A DNA stretch of 45,051 nucleotides from Octopus bimaculoides (taxonomy: Eukaryota), in assembly GCF_001194135.2 (NCBI RefSeq), contig NC_068990.1:20199525-20244575 (forward strand), given 5' to 3'. Shown in pieces: positions 24,247-35,831 of the stretch. A program made the translations under genes and the position numbers. Position 1 is the stretch's first letter. Each line of letters begins with the position of its first letter. The notes beneath the pieces are model-generated. The model saw only the letters and a list, made by a program, of their open reading frames with translations. It was not told the origin of the DNA and ran no database searches.

Positions 24247-24301
24247 CGTGAACTGAACGAGAATACGTACTCCGAAATGTAGCCGAAAACATTTCTTCAT
24301 G
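24247..24301 (+). ncRNA. Degenerate hammerhead-like motif downstream of the Penelope ORF
   Basis: cgtgaa CTGAacGA g-aa-tacgt..atgta-gc-c GAAA acatttc ttcatg: 6-bp stem I, core with one extra nucleotide, partial stem II. Confidence 0.4.
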
Positions 24302-24481
24302 CGATCGGCTTCAAAAATTATTAAGACATAAGGATATATTCCTACTTTTCTAAACATGAAATCAATGGTAACCTAAATTCACACATAAAGAAATTATATC
24401 CACCAATGCGGTGCTGAGCACTCATCAGCATCATGCTAGATATTTACGTTAAATATACATACATACATACATATATACATG

Positions 24482-24559
<78 letters not shown>

Positions 24560-26164
24560 NNNNNNNNNNNNNNNNNNNNNNNNNNNNNNNNNNNNNNNNN
24601 NNNNNNNNNNNNNNNNNNNNNNNNNNNNNNNNNNNNNNNNNNNNNNNNNNNNNNNNNNNNNNNNNNNNNNNNNNNNNNNNNNNNNNNNNNNNNNNNNNNN
24701 NNNNNNNNNNNNNNNNNNNNNNNNNNNNNNNNNNNNNNNNNNNNNNNNNNNNNNNNNNNNNNNNNNNNNNNNNNNNNNNNNNNNNNNNNNNNNNNNNNNN
24801 NNNNNNNNNNNNNNNNNNTATATATATATATATGTATGTATATACACGTCCATTCGATCGTTGTCTTATAGTGAACTATGTGTTGTTGATCATTGTTAAT
24901 GGTGAAGATGTTGTTTTCGCTTGTCATTACTTCTATAGGTTTTGCTTAGGATATTGTAACTGATCAATACCTCCTTTTTCTTTTCATTTAACTTTTGTTT
25001 ATTCTTTTAGGTTTTATGTATTTGTGACTTCCTTCATGTTATTGCCAGTATTGTTATTTTCTATGTATCATTACAAAAGAGAACAGACGTTCTTTTTTTC
25101 TGTTGTACTGTCGTTTATTTATTGTATGTGATATTCGGCTTATTTTAAATATTGTCGCCATTGTTGGAATTTCCTCTTTACTGTATACTTGTCTACATAT
25201 ATATATACATACACATACATAAATACATACATACATACATATATTACATATATACATACAAATATATATATATATATATTTAATTTATATATATATGTAT
25301 ATATATATATATATGTATATANNNNNNNNNNNNNNNNNNNNNNNNNNNNNNNNNNNNNNNNNNNNNNNNNNNNNNNNNNNNNNNNNNNNNNNNNNNNNNN
25401 NNNNNNNNNNNNNNNNNNNNNNNNNNNNNNNNNNNNNNNNNNNNNNNNNNNNNNNNNNNNNNNNNNNNNNNNNNNNNNNNNNNNNNNNNNNNNNNNNNNN
25501 NNNNNNNNNNNNNNNNNNNNNNNNNNNNNNNNNNNNNNNNNNNNNNNNNNNNNNNNNNNNNNNNNNNNNNNNNNNNNNNNNNNNNNNNNNNNNNNNNNNN
25601 NNNNNNNNNNNNNNNNNNNNNNNNNNNNNNNNNNNNNNNNNNNNNNNNNNNNNNNNNNNNNNNNNNNNNNNNNNNNNNNNNNNNNNNNNNNNNNNNNNNN
25701 NNNNNNNNNNNNNNNNNNNNNNNNNNNNNNNNNNNNNNNNNNNNNNNNNNNNNNNNNNNNNNNNNNNATATATATACATACATATATATATATACATATA
25801 TATATGTACATATTATATATTTATATATATTTTGTATTGCTTCACTTCGCATTACGTTTTGTTGATGTCTTTCGTCCATATTAAGGTAACTGTCATCGAT
25901 TTTTCTTTCGTTAAATAACATACATGTGTTCACGTTTGTTTTTATTATTTTCCGAATTCCAGTTCCTTCCGCTGTTTTGTGTCTACATTTGTTTTCGGTC
26001 GTTTTTTTTTTTTTAGACTATCTCTCGTCCGGTCCTCATGTTGTTCATCCCACTGTAATGGCTGTTGGTATTCATCTTAAATTTTTTGTAATGCTGCTGC
26101 GTTCTTGTTCTTTTTTTTTTCTGCTGTTTTTCATGATGATGCTATTGTTGTTGAGTATGCTTCC

Positions 26165-26340
26165 ATGATGATAATGATGATGATGACGATGATGATGATA
26201 ATGATGATGATGACGTTAATGCGATAATGATGATGATGATGACGACGATGTCGATGACGATGAGGACGAAGATGATGATGGTGATATTGATGGTGATGGT
26301 GATATTGATGGCGTTAGTGCGGATTATGATAATGATGAGT
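26165..26340. repeat. Imperfect (GAT)n
   Basis: Directly visible. Confidence 0.9.
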
Positions 26341-26564
26341 TTTTATGAAGATGGTTGCAGTGTTAATCATGATAATGATGGTTATGTTTGCTCATTAGTT
26401 CTGCCATCTGTAATACTTATTTTTCGGATGCGAGCTGTTCATTTAGTTGTTCATTCCTTATGCGGCAGACCTGCTCTCAAAAGTGCATGGCTTTCCCTCA
26501 TCTATAACATATTCAGGATGTTGATCCGAGAAAAAGAAAACGTAGAGATACGTAGAGAAACGTA

Positions 26565-27063
26565 GGAGTGGCTGTGTGGTAAGTAGCTTGCTTACCAACC
26601 ACATGGTTCCGAGTTCAGTCTCACTGCGTGGCACCTTGGGCAAGTGTCTTCTACTATAGTCTCGGGCCGACCAAAGCCTTGAGTGGATTTGGTAGACGGA
26701 AACTGGAAGAAGCCCGTCATTTATGTGTATATATGTATGGATGTATATGTGTATGTATACGTTTGTGTGTCTGTGTTTGTCCCCCCCCCCAACATCGCTT
26801 GACAACCGATGCTGGTGTGTTTACGTCCCCGTAACTTAGCGGTTNNNNNNNNNNGTGTTTGTCCCCCCCCCCAACATCGCTTGACAACCGATGCTGGTGT
26901 GTTTACGTCCCCGTAACTTAGCGGTTCGGCACAAGAGACCGATAGAATAAGTACTAGGCTTACAAAGACTAAGGCCTGTGGTCGATTTGCTCGACTAAAG
27001 TCGGTGCTCTAGCATGGCCACAGTCAAATGACTGAAACAAGTAAAAAACTAAAAGACTAAAAA
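26565..27063 (+). mobile_element. SINE type B, best-preserved copy (tRNA head, CORE-like segment, internal microsatellite, stem-loop tail); possibly OR1/OR2-related
   Basis: A/B-box-like head; gcgtggcaccttgggcaagtgtctt (26626-26650) resembles the CORE-SINE motif as recalled; contains a 72-bp assembly duplication around a 10-N gap. Family name is a guess. Confidence 0.9.
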
Positions 27064-27779
27064 TCTCCGTCTACTTTAAGGTAGGTGTAATTCAATATAA
27101 ATTACGTATTAATGACAATGAATAATACGAATATCAGGCCATGGAGACTGTTTAATAAAACTTAGATAAAACTACTGATGATAACGTCTCAGCGTCGTGA
27201 GACTCTTGAAAATGAGAGCAAAATAAAATAATATATCGTTGATGACATTCTTCTAAGAAATATTGGGAAAATAAGGATCAGTCACAGGGGTCCTTTTAAA
27301 TTACTTATGTTTTTTTTTTTTCTAAATTTACAACTTTGGATTAAACATAAAAGGAATTCATATTATCTTCTAATAAATCGATATCAAACGCTTTTGAATA
27401 TATCCTGTAAATGTTTACAGGTTTTCCACTCTAGAATTACAAATTTAACTTTAATTAATGTGTCGCAGCGCATTACACACTTCAACATTTTATCAAGAAC
27501 ACTGTCTTTTATTCTGTCCAATACATGTTTCGATATATTAGTAAGGCAGAGGAATTGCAACCGTCTTAAAATATGAAATAATGGTTGCTAAGATAAGAAT
27601 TATGCCTCTGTTGACATTTATAATTTTGAATGGTATAAAGCACAGTGATTGTTTTTTTGCAGTATAAATACATCTTAACTTTTCTCTTTCGCTATTTTCT
27701 TCAAGTAAAAACTGTAGAGGTGAGAATCCGGCCTGCCTTATTTCGTATACAAAAGTGTCGAACAAAGAGCTTAGAGTGT

Positions 27780-28100
27780 GCGGCGAAATTTACGTTTGTC
27801 TGGTATTTCACTGTGTATGCAATGGACTCCGAACTTCAAAAAAGTATGCAGGGATGATGTCTTAGCAAGTGCGGGGAAGTAAACAGAATTATACTGTTAG
27901 ATGAAGATGAAAAGCCGATTTGCTATGCATAACCCAAAGGAGCGACAAAGACAGAAGGAAGGTGAACATCGTATGGAGAAGCCACAATTCTGAGAAAGTT
28001 CTGCTGTCTGCTAAACAACCGGTATGCAGTACTAGAATGTAAAGAAGAGAGCGACGGACTTGTTCCTCTCACGAGGGTGTGGCTAGTATGAGATCATGTG
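27780..28100 (+). mobile_element. Possible very old LINE endonuclease-to-RT linker remnant
   Basis: KSMQ.., MKMKSRF, RKFCCLLNNRYAVLECKEE resemble RTE linker motifs; weak. Confidence 0.3.
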
Positions 28101-28110
28101 CCGGATACTG

Positions 28111-28431
28111 CAACCCATCGGTTAAGACGCTGAAACTTCTTGTAGACCCGATCAACGGAACAGCCTGCTCGTGAAATTAACGTGCAAGTGGTTCAGAACT
28201 CCACAGACACGTGTATCCTTAACGTAGTTGTCGGGGAGATTCAGCGTGACACACAATATGACCAGGCTAGACCTTTGAATTACATGTACTACTCATTTTT
28301 GCCAGCGAAATGGACTGGATCAGCGTGAAATAAAGTGTCTTGTTCAAGGACGCAACGCGTCACCTGGAATCGAACTGAGAACCTTACGATTGTGAGCCGA
28401 ATGCCTTAAGTACCAAGCCCCATGCCTACAC
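28111..28431 (-). mobile_element. SINE type C long-tail variant
   Basis: tRNA-like head at the right end, CORE-like gtgtcttgttcaaggacgcaacgcg, long tail gatcaacggaacagcctgctcgtgaaattaacg. Confidence 0.85.
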
Positions 28432-28464
28432 TGTGACGGATGGAGAAGACAATTTTTTCTGCAG

Positions 28465-28716
28465 GTAGATTTGGTAGACGGAAACTGAAAGAAGCCCTTC
28501 GTTTATATATATATGTATATATTTGTGTTTCTGCGCTTCCCTTCTCCACCATCGCTTGACAACAGATGTTGGTGCATTTACGTCCTCTTAACTTAGCAGT
28601 TCAGCAAAAGAACCGATAGAATAAGTACTAGGCGTACAAAGAATTTAGTCGATTTGTTCCAGCATGGCCGCAGTCAAATGACTGAAACAAGTAAAAGAAT
28701 AACACAATAAAAGAAT
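28465..28716 (+). mobile_element. SINE type B, 5'-truncated
   Basis: gatttggtagacggaaactgaaagaagccc ... ccagcatggccgcagtcaaatgactgaaacaagtaaaagaat. Confidence 0.9.
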
Positions 28717-28768
28717 ATTCCGCTCTCAAGGTTCATCCATTTTTGCAACTGTCCTTCAGTTTTTCTAA

Positions 28769-29032
28769 AATAAAAATAAGCGCGCCCTTTTAAATCCTAG
28801 CCAGGCTCATGGGCCCGGTTTCCTGGTTTCAATGGCGCATGTGTTCCGCAGGTGGACGGGACGCCAGTCCATCGCAGCGTTACTCATTTTTTCTCAGCTG
28901 AGTTGACTGGAGCAACGTGAAATGAAGTGTTTTGCTCAAGGACACAACGCGTCGCCCGGTCCAGGAATTGAAACCACAATCTTACGATCATGATGCTGAC
29001 ACACTAAACACCAAGCTACGCGCCTCCACTTC
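28769..29032 (-). mobile_element. SINE type C short-tail variant with 12-bp TSD
   Basis: TSD cagtttttctaa at 28757-28768 and 29033-29044; tRNA-like head, CORE-like middle, tail gctgcgatggactggcgtcccgtcc..gaaaccaggaaaccggg. Confidence 0.9.
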
Positions 29033-29558
29033 CAGTTTTTCTAAGCCCTGTAACGAAACTCGGAATGTTGGGCTTCCAACCACACCTTTCGCGACACCCT
29101 GAAAGCCAGGAACTTTTCAATACACCCTCTTATTCTAGTTAATATATGTAGTTATTCCTACGTCGTCCATAAATTCCCAAAACCCGGTGTTGTGTATTAC
29201 GTAAAGTGCTTTACAGCTGCTCTCTTTTTATGTTATCTATTTACCCAACCGCACACACTTTCTAATCAACATTTGAGCGTTCTGAATTCGTAAGTATGAA
29301 TGAATTTGCTTAAAATTTGCCCTCAGTAGCGAGATTATATTTATTATTATACGAAAATTATTACATGTTAATTTAATTTGCAGAAGTGTTAAATTGAGTT
29401 CTGGTGACAACGAGTCTTCTGAGACCTCAAGAATCCTTGGAAAGATTCTCGTACAATATAGAGTGATTGCTTTCCTTTGAGTCGGCAGAATGTGTTTCAA
29501 TTTCTATATCCTCCAGGCTTATCATCATTATTATCATCATCATCATCATCATCATGAT

Positions 29559-29845
29559 GGTGAAATGGCCCAGTGGTTAGGGCAGCGGACTAGCGGTCAG
29601 AGGATCACGGTTTCGATTCCCACTCCGGGCATTGTGTGTGTTTATTGAGCGAAAACACCTAAAGTTCCACGAGGCTCCGGCAAGATGGTGATGGTGACCC
29701 CTGTTGTACTCTTTTGCCCCAAATTTCTCTCACTCTTTCTTCCTGTTTCTTGAGTAACGCTGCGATGGACTCGCGTCCCGTCCAGCCATAGAAACCGGGA
29801 AACCGGGCCAATGAGCCTGGCTAGGCTCTAAAAGGGCGCATAATA
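29559..29845 (+). mobile_element. SINE type D (distinct middle, same tail as C-short)
   Basis: Head tggcccagtggttagggcagcggact..ggtttcgattccc; tail gagtaacgctgcgatggactcgcgtcccgtccag..gaaaccgggaaaccgggccaatgagcctggctagg. Confidence 0.85.
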
Positions 29846-29859
29846 AAAATTAAATAAAA

Positions 29860-29935
29860 TCATCATCATCATTATCATCATTATCATTATCATTATCGTT
29901 GTCGTCGTCGTCGTCGTCGTCGCCGTCGCTGCTGC

Positions 29936-29966
<31 letters not shown>

Positions 29967-30289
29967 GGTGGTGGTGGTGATGTTGTTGTTGTTGTTGTTG
30001 CTGTTGTTGTTGAACTGGCAGAATCGTTATCACGCTGGGCGAAATGCTTAGCAGTATTTCGTCTGTCACTACGTTTTGAGTTCAAATTCTGCCGAGGTCG
30101 ACTTTGAATTTTATCCTTTCAGGGCCGATAAATTAAGTACTATTGAAATTCTGGAGTCGATGTAAACGACTAGTCCACCCCCAACAAAAGAAACCTTCCG
30201 GCCTTGTGCTTATAATAGAAAAGATTATTTTTATTAGGGTTATTATTATTATTATCGTTATTATTATTATTATTATTGTTATTGCTATT

Positions 30290-30321
<32 letters not shown>

Positions 30322-30460
30322 TATTGTTGTTAATGTTGCCATCTCTTCGTTGCTACTCATCTTTATGGTGGTGTGCTTGTTTGGGTGGTGGCGGTAATGG
30401 TGGTGGCAATGGCAGGGGTGATTGTTGTTGTTGTTGGTGGTGGTGGTGGTGGTGTTCATG
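29860..30460. repeat. Compound trinucleotide tracts on both sides of the SINE-A copy at 30012
   Basis: (CAT)(CGT)(GTT)(GGT) at 29860-30010; (ATT)(CAT)(GTT)(GGT) at 30240-30460. Confidence 0.9.
30012..30226 (+). mobile_element. SINE type A, tail II
   Basis: gaactggcagaatcgttatcacgctgggcgaaatgcttagc...gagttcaaattctgccgaggtcgac. Confidence 0.88.
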
Positions 30461-30927
30461 ACTGGAGGTCATGGTGGTTGTGGCGGCTCTGGAGATCGTG
30501 GTGGTGGTGCTGGCTCTTGAAGTGGTTGTACAAATCTTAATGAATGGTACAGGTGTTACTTGTTATAATACAGAAAGCATCTCATGTTCATATATCTCAA
30601 CGTGTTGGTCACCTACCTCGGTAAACAACAAAATTCCTTTTGAATATTGTTTAATTAGAAGCTGTACATTCTGTCACAAAATTAAAACGTGGTTTATTAC
30701 ATATCTAATCAAACAACATAATGTCTAAATTTGGTGACTTCTAATCCATTTTGTGGAAGGGATATTTTTGGTTGTCTTGTTATCTGCTTTGATAATCGAT
30801 TTTATTACTTGATTGCTACTTAATTTATAAGTTCTGAGTCTGAGAATTTGATCTTACGACACCAACAACGTGCATGCAATGGTGTATTGGGAATATAAAA
30901 CTTTGCTGACATTACACCTGTTCCCTG

Positions 30928-31296
30928 TAAGGCGACAAAGGGGCTGAATCGCTAGCCCCCGTAGCGACATTTCGTCCGTCTTTGTATTCCGCCGAGTTCA
31001 AATTGCGCTGAGGTCGACTTCACCCTTCATCGTCTCGGATTCGATAAGAAAAAAACACCAGTTGTACACTGGAGACGTTGTAATCGACTTATACCCTCCC
31101 TGAACTTGTTGGCCCTGTCCCAGAATGTGGACCCATTATTACATCGGGTTAGCTGGCAGAATCCTTGTCACGCTGAACAAAATGCTTAGCGAAATTTCTT
31201 TTTGGCTTACGTTCCGAGTTCACACTAAAGTCAATGTAATCGACTGGCCCACACTGCAAAAATATCAGGCCTTGTTCTTATAGTAGAAACGATATT
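30928..31296 (+). mobile_element. Two tandem diverged SINE-A units (second internally deleted)
   Basis: Units 30928-31140 and 31141-31296. Confidence 0.75.
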
Positions 31297-32279
31297 ATAT
31301 ANNNNNNNNNNNNNNNNNNNNNNNNNNNNNNNNNNNNNNNNATATATATGTCTGTTAGCGTCGATTGAATAAGAAAGCTGTTACTTAATAATTTGATCAG
31401 AGAGAATCTATAGCCAAATTACCAAAAACTTTTATCCGTCTTTGAAATGAAAACATTGTATAACGTTGTTTTAGATATAGTTTACTTAACCCAAAAGAAA
31501 AACGAGATTGTGTTTGATTAGAATGCGTTTGATCTTCGAATATGTATGCTTGAACAGATCTGACTTGTGGCTAATCAATAACAAGAACGCTTTAGTGAAA
31601 CTGATGGTAAAACACATTTTGTAAAACTAATCTATTAATTAAGCAGTGTATTACATTGACGTAAATCAAATGAACAAGGCTTAAACAATTTAAAAAACAC
31701 GAAGAAATATCGATGATATTAATAAAATTTCTCAGACACTAAAGGTGAAGAATCACACACTGATCCTGTTTCTTTTTCCTTTTTTCTTTTTTTTCTTTAC
31801 TTTACTCAAATTAATGTTTATAAATGTCCAATAAACCCTTAGAAAGATAAAAGCAGGAAGTGATACTACTTCTCTTTCCCTGAGGTTGATATTAATTAGA
31901 TTCTCCATAGCTATATTTGCTATATAACATTTTTGGAAAAATCCCGTCTTCCGTTCTAGTCTCACTTAAATTATGATATAATAACTTAGGAAAATACAAG
32001 CAAATTAATATGAAGTTGCAACAAATTATAAACCTAATAAAATGGGTCTGAAGGACACAAAAGTTCATTATAGTTAGGCTGAGCCACAAATAAATATTTT
32101 GATGTTCTCATGGGAAATTATTTTAAATCATGGCTTCCTTCGTTCATCATGACATAAACATTTTTTTAAAAAGGAAATCCATTCTAAATAATGTTTTTCT
32201 AGTGTCGATGAACTGCAATGTAACCGATCACTGCATAGCATGAAATGTATTGATTTCTAAGATAGAAATTTAATTTTGA

Positions 32280-32480
32280 GCCCTGGGATTCCTAAGGCCG
32301 GTTGCCCGGTTTCCGTAGAGTTTAAGTTGCAGAGATCATAAGATTCCACCTGAGCAGGGCCCCAGTCCTTTACAGTGTCCAAGGCCGGCAATTTTAAAGG
32401 AACAGAACAGATCGATTACAACAACCCCAGTAACTGTCTGACGCTTTATTTCATCGAATCCGAAGGGATGAAACGCTAAG
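32280..32480 (-). mobile_element. Degenerate C/D-type tail plus SINE-A fragment
   Basis: ggccggttgcccggtttccgtag resembles the reversed C/D tail; gatcgattacaacaaccccagt..ccgaagggatgaaa resembles reversed A body. Confidence 0.35.
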
Positions 32481-32551
32481 TGTTATGAGAGAATCTGGAA
32501 CACCCCACGTGACTGAAGGTGGACTAACTGATTACAAGAAGTAAGAACTGA

Positions 32552-32988
32552 AAGGCGGCGAGCTGGCAGAAACGTTAGTGCACCGAGCGAAATGCTTAGC
32601 GGTATATCGTCTGCCTTTACGTTCTGAGTTCAAATTCCGCCGGAGTTGACTTTGCCTTTCATCCTTTTGAGGTGGATAAATAAAGTACCAGTTGCGTACT
32701 GGGGTAGATGCAATCGATTTAATCCATTTGTCTGTCCTTGTTTGTCCCCTTTCTGTTTAGCCCATTGTGGGCAATAAAGAAATAAGAAACTTTAGCACGC
32801 CAGGCGAAATGCTTAGCAGTATTTCGTATGTCTTTTCGTTCTGAGTTCAAATTCCGCCGAAGTCGATTTTGCGTTTCATCCATTCGTGGTCGATAAATTA
32901 AGTACCAGTTGCGTACTGGATTCGATCTAATCACCTGGCCCACTCACGAAAAATTTCGGGCCTTGTACCTTGAGTAGAAAAGAATAAA
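32552..32988 (+). mobile_element. SINE-A dimer (tail I unit + headless tail II unit) with 10-bp TSD
   Basis: Junction aataagaaac|tttagcacgcc at 32790; TSD taagaactga at 32542-32551 and 32989-32998. Confidence 0.92.
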
Positions 32989-33772
32989 TAAGAACTGAGG
33001 GAACTGTCAGGGGAGTAACTGTTGGTTAACCACGTTAGTCCGACATTTGAGGGCTTCTGTGATAGGTTATTTTTAGATAACAACAACTAAATATTTATTT
33101 GTGTTATACCATTTTACGTGTATACTCACGTCATAACAATGAGTGAACTTCGATATTAGAACTAAGAACATAAAGAACCAGAGGAAATGTAGCTAAGAAT
33201 TTTCTTTGAGGTGATAAAACTTCTGCCATTTCGTCACTTTCAGATACCAATAGTATAACAATGTTTTCACAGAAGGTTATCTCTGCGTAATTATTCTACG
33301 TATATAATCGATTCCATACATAGACAATTACTTAATTTACCGTCTCCAAATCTTCGTTGTCACGTCTTTATCAAACCCGAAGTAATTACAGTCATAGCAG
33401 ACGCCAAATGAATTTAACCCCACGACGGAAAATGCAAAATACTGCTCTATATTCAATACGTCAATTTAATTACTTCCTTCTACAATACCAATGAGAAGAG
33501 ATATTAATATCTTTTCCTTGTTCCGTTTGTTCCGTTTTTCAAATAAATCCCAAACAAAACTTTTACGTGATGATTTGAATAAAGATATTCGATGGAGAGG
33601 ACAACAAAATCTGTAGAAGTAAAGTTATGCAAAATATATTAGATATTATCATGACGAAGGAAATATGCGAAGATGCAACATTTATGTACTACATGGACAC
33701 GCATAGAAAGATATGCACAGATACATATATACACAGAATTCAATGAAGCATTGTGATGTAATGGAGATGAAA

Positions 33773-34226
33773 TACCTATTTCGTTATTGCCCACAAGGGG
33801 CTAAACATAGAGGGAACAAACAAGAACAGACGAACGGATTAAGTCGATTACATCGACCCCAGTGCGTAACTGGTACTTAATTTATCGACCCCGAAAGGAT
33901 AAAAGGCAAAGTCGACCTCGGCGGAATTTGAACTCAGAACGTAATGGCAGACGAAATACCGCTAAGCATTTCGCCCGGCGTGCTCACGTTTCTTATTTCA
34001 TTATTTCCCACAAGGGGCTAAACATAGAGGGGACAAACAAGGCTAGACAAAGGAATTAAGTCGATTACATCGACCCCAGTGCGTAACTGGTACTTAATTT
34101 AACGACCCCGGAAGGATGAAAGACAAAGTCGACCTCGGTGGAATTTGAACTCAGAACGTAACGGCAGACGAAATACCGCTAAGCATTTCGCCCGGCGTGT
34201 TCACGTTTCTGCCAGCTTGCGCCTTA
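33773..34226 (-). mobile_element. SINE-A dimer (tail I + headless tail I)
   Basis: Junction on minus strand aataagaaac|gtgagcacgccgggcg near 33985; no TSD recognised. Confidence 0.92.
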
Positions 34227-34398
34227 ATAATACATAAATATTAGCTGCCTAACGCATATGTTTCAGGTCAAGCTTGGATATAACTTAATGCAATATGCCT
34301 AAAGGTCATGGCACGCTGTTGAAGTCAAATAATCCAATATAATGTACAGATAATGATATACACACACAACATAGATTAACAAGTACTAAATTAATATA

Positions 34399-34634
34399 CT
34401 GCAATCCCTCGCCATATCGTGGTTCACCTATCACAGTTCACCTATTGCAGTTTATTATATAAGCTTACGTCGATTCCTCCCTGGTGTTGTTTTCCATTTA
34501 TAATAAAATAAATATATACAAATTATAGAAATAATGAAAAAAATATACAATACAATACTGTTTCTACTTCGTGGATTTTCACCTATCGCAGGGAGTTTGG
34601 GAACGTAACACCCCCGATAGTCGACGGATTACTG
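34399..34634. mobile_element. 236-bp MITE, Tc1/pogo (Tigger)-like
   Basis: About 24-bp imperfect TIRs ctgcaatccctcgccatatcgtgg vs reverse-complemented right end cagtaatccgtcgactatcgggg; TA on both sides (34397-34398, 34635-34636). Confidence 0.8.
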
Positions 34635-35330
34635 TAGATTTAAAATAGCTTTCTCTTCTGCAGAGATCGAGATAGCAACCGGAACACAGCATAGACTGTG
34701 GCGTAAATTGTTATATTTCAACATGATTAGGCGATTTATTTCGTGTTCTGCATATTTGTATTTTGCATCTGTACACAAATAAATTATATTTAAAAATTGC
34801 AAAACATTAAATAAACTGGTATCTAAATTGAAGTAATTATAATTAAACATTAACAGTTATATTTAAATCGTAGAAAACTGGAAGGCATTTAGAATTTATT
34901 TCATAACTTTCTAAATATATTTTAATTCAATTACTAAGTGTAATATTTAGAATTTCATATTATTTATTACAATTTTCATTTGGTGTTTTAATTACATATG
35001 TGCCATATTACCTCGTATGATTTTTACCCTGTTTAAATCTAAATTATATATTCTGTATGTTTACTTCATTTATACGAGCCTATCCTAGGTTTTATAACTT
35101 TTATAGCTTTTATTATATACATATGTATATGTATATATCAATATATAAGCATATATTACATATTCATGCAAAATATTTTCAATTTTATGTGGAATTCCAT
35201 GTTAGAATTGCGCTATTATATTTTATGTCATTCTTTTGTCTTTCGAAATTTTCCTGGAAAATAATGTGTAGCGTAAAATACGCACAGGAAATTTCGTTGA
35301 AATGCATGATTACTTTCCGATATACTTTTG

Positions 35331-35372
<42 letters not shown>

Positions 35373-35410
35373 AGATTATAAGATCCAGGGATCGAGATGT
35401 ATTGAGCACT

Positions 35411-35831
35411 CTTTTTTACTCTAGGCACAACGCCTGAAATTTTGGGGGAGATGTCCAGTCGATTACATCCACGCCAGTACCCAACTGGTACTTAATTTAT
35501 TGACCCCGAAAGTATGAAAGGCAAAGTCCACCTCAGCGGAATTTGAACTCAGAACGTAAAGACACGAAATACCGCTAAGCATTTCGCCCGGCGTGCTTAA
35601 CGCTTCTTATTTCCTTGCTGCCCACAATGCGTTACACACAGAGGGGACAGACAAACGGATTAAGTCGATTATTTCGACCCCAGTGCGTAACTGATACTTA
35701 TTTAATCGACCCCGAAAGGATGAAAGGCAAAGTCGACCTCGGCGGAATTTGAACTCAGAACGTAAAAACAGACTAAATACTGCTAGGCATTTCGCCCGGC
35801 GTGCTTAACGTTTCAGGCACCTCGCCGCCTT
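35411..35831 (-). mobile_element. SINE-A dimer (tail I + headless tail II) with degenerate 17-bp TSD
   Basis: Junction aataagaagc|gttaagcacgccgggcg; flanks gagatgtattgagcact (35394-35410) and gaggtgtattgaatact (35832-35848), 14/17 identical. Confidence 0.9.

Noticed and set aside
16481-24291. 16-bp exact match aatgtagccgaaaaca at 16481 and 24276
   Set aside because: One copy is a decayed SINE-B head, the other Penelope 3' sequence; about one such match is expected by chance in 45 kb of AT-rich DNA.
10800-25933. Long ORFs made of X runs
   Set aside because: Read-through of N gaps; only the transposase part of 10517-11422 is real.
26773-26926. Exact 72-bp direct repeat inside SINE-B
   Set aside because: Identical copies flank a 10-N placeholder gap; typical unmerged contig overlap.
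27176-27215. CTGATGA..gtctca/tgagac..GAAA
   Set aside because: Stem II is offset by 4 nt on each side and no stem I or III forms.
29559-29630. tRNA-like sequences here and at 36739-36803 and other SINE heads
   Set aside because: A/B boxes are present but there is no complete cloverleaf, and each continues into repeat body; SINE heads, not tRNA genes.
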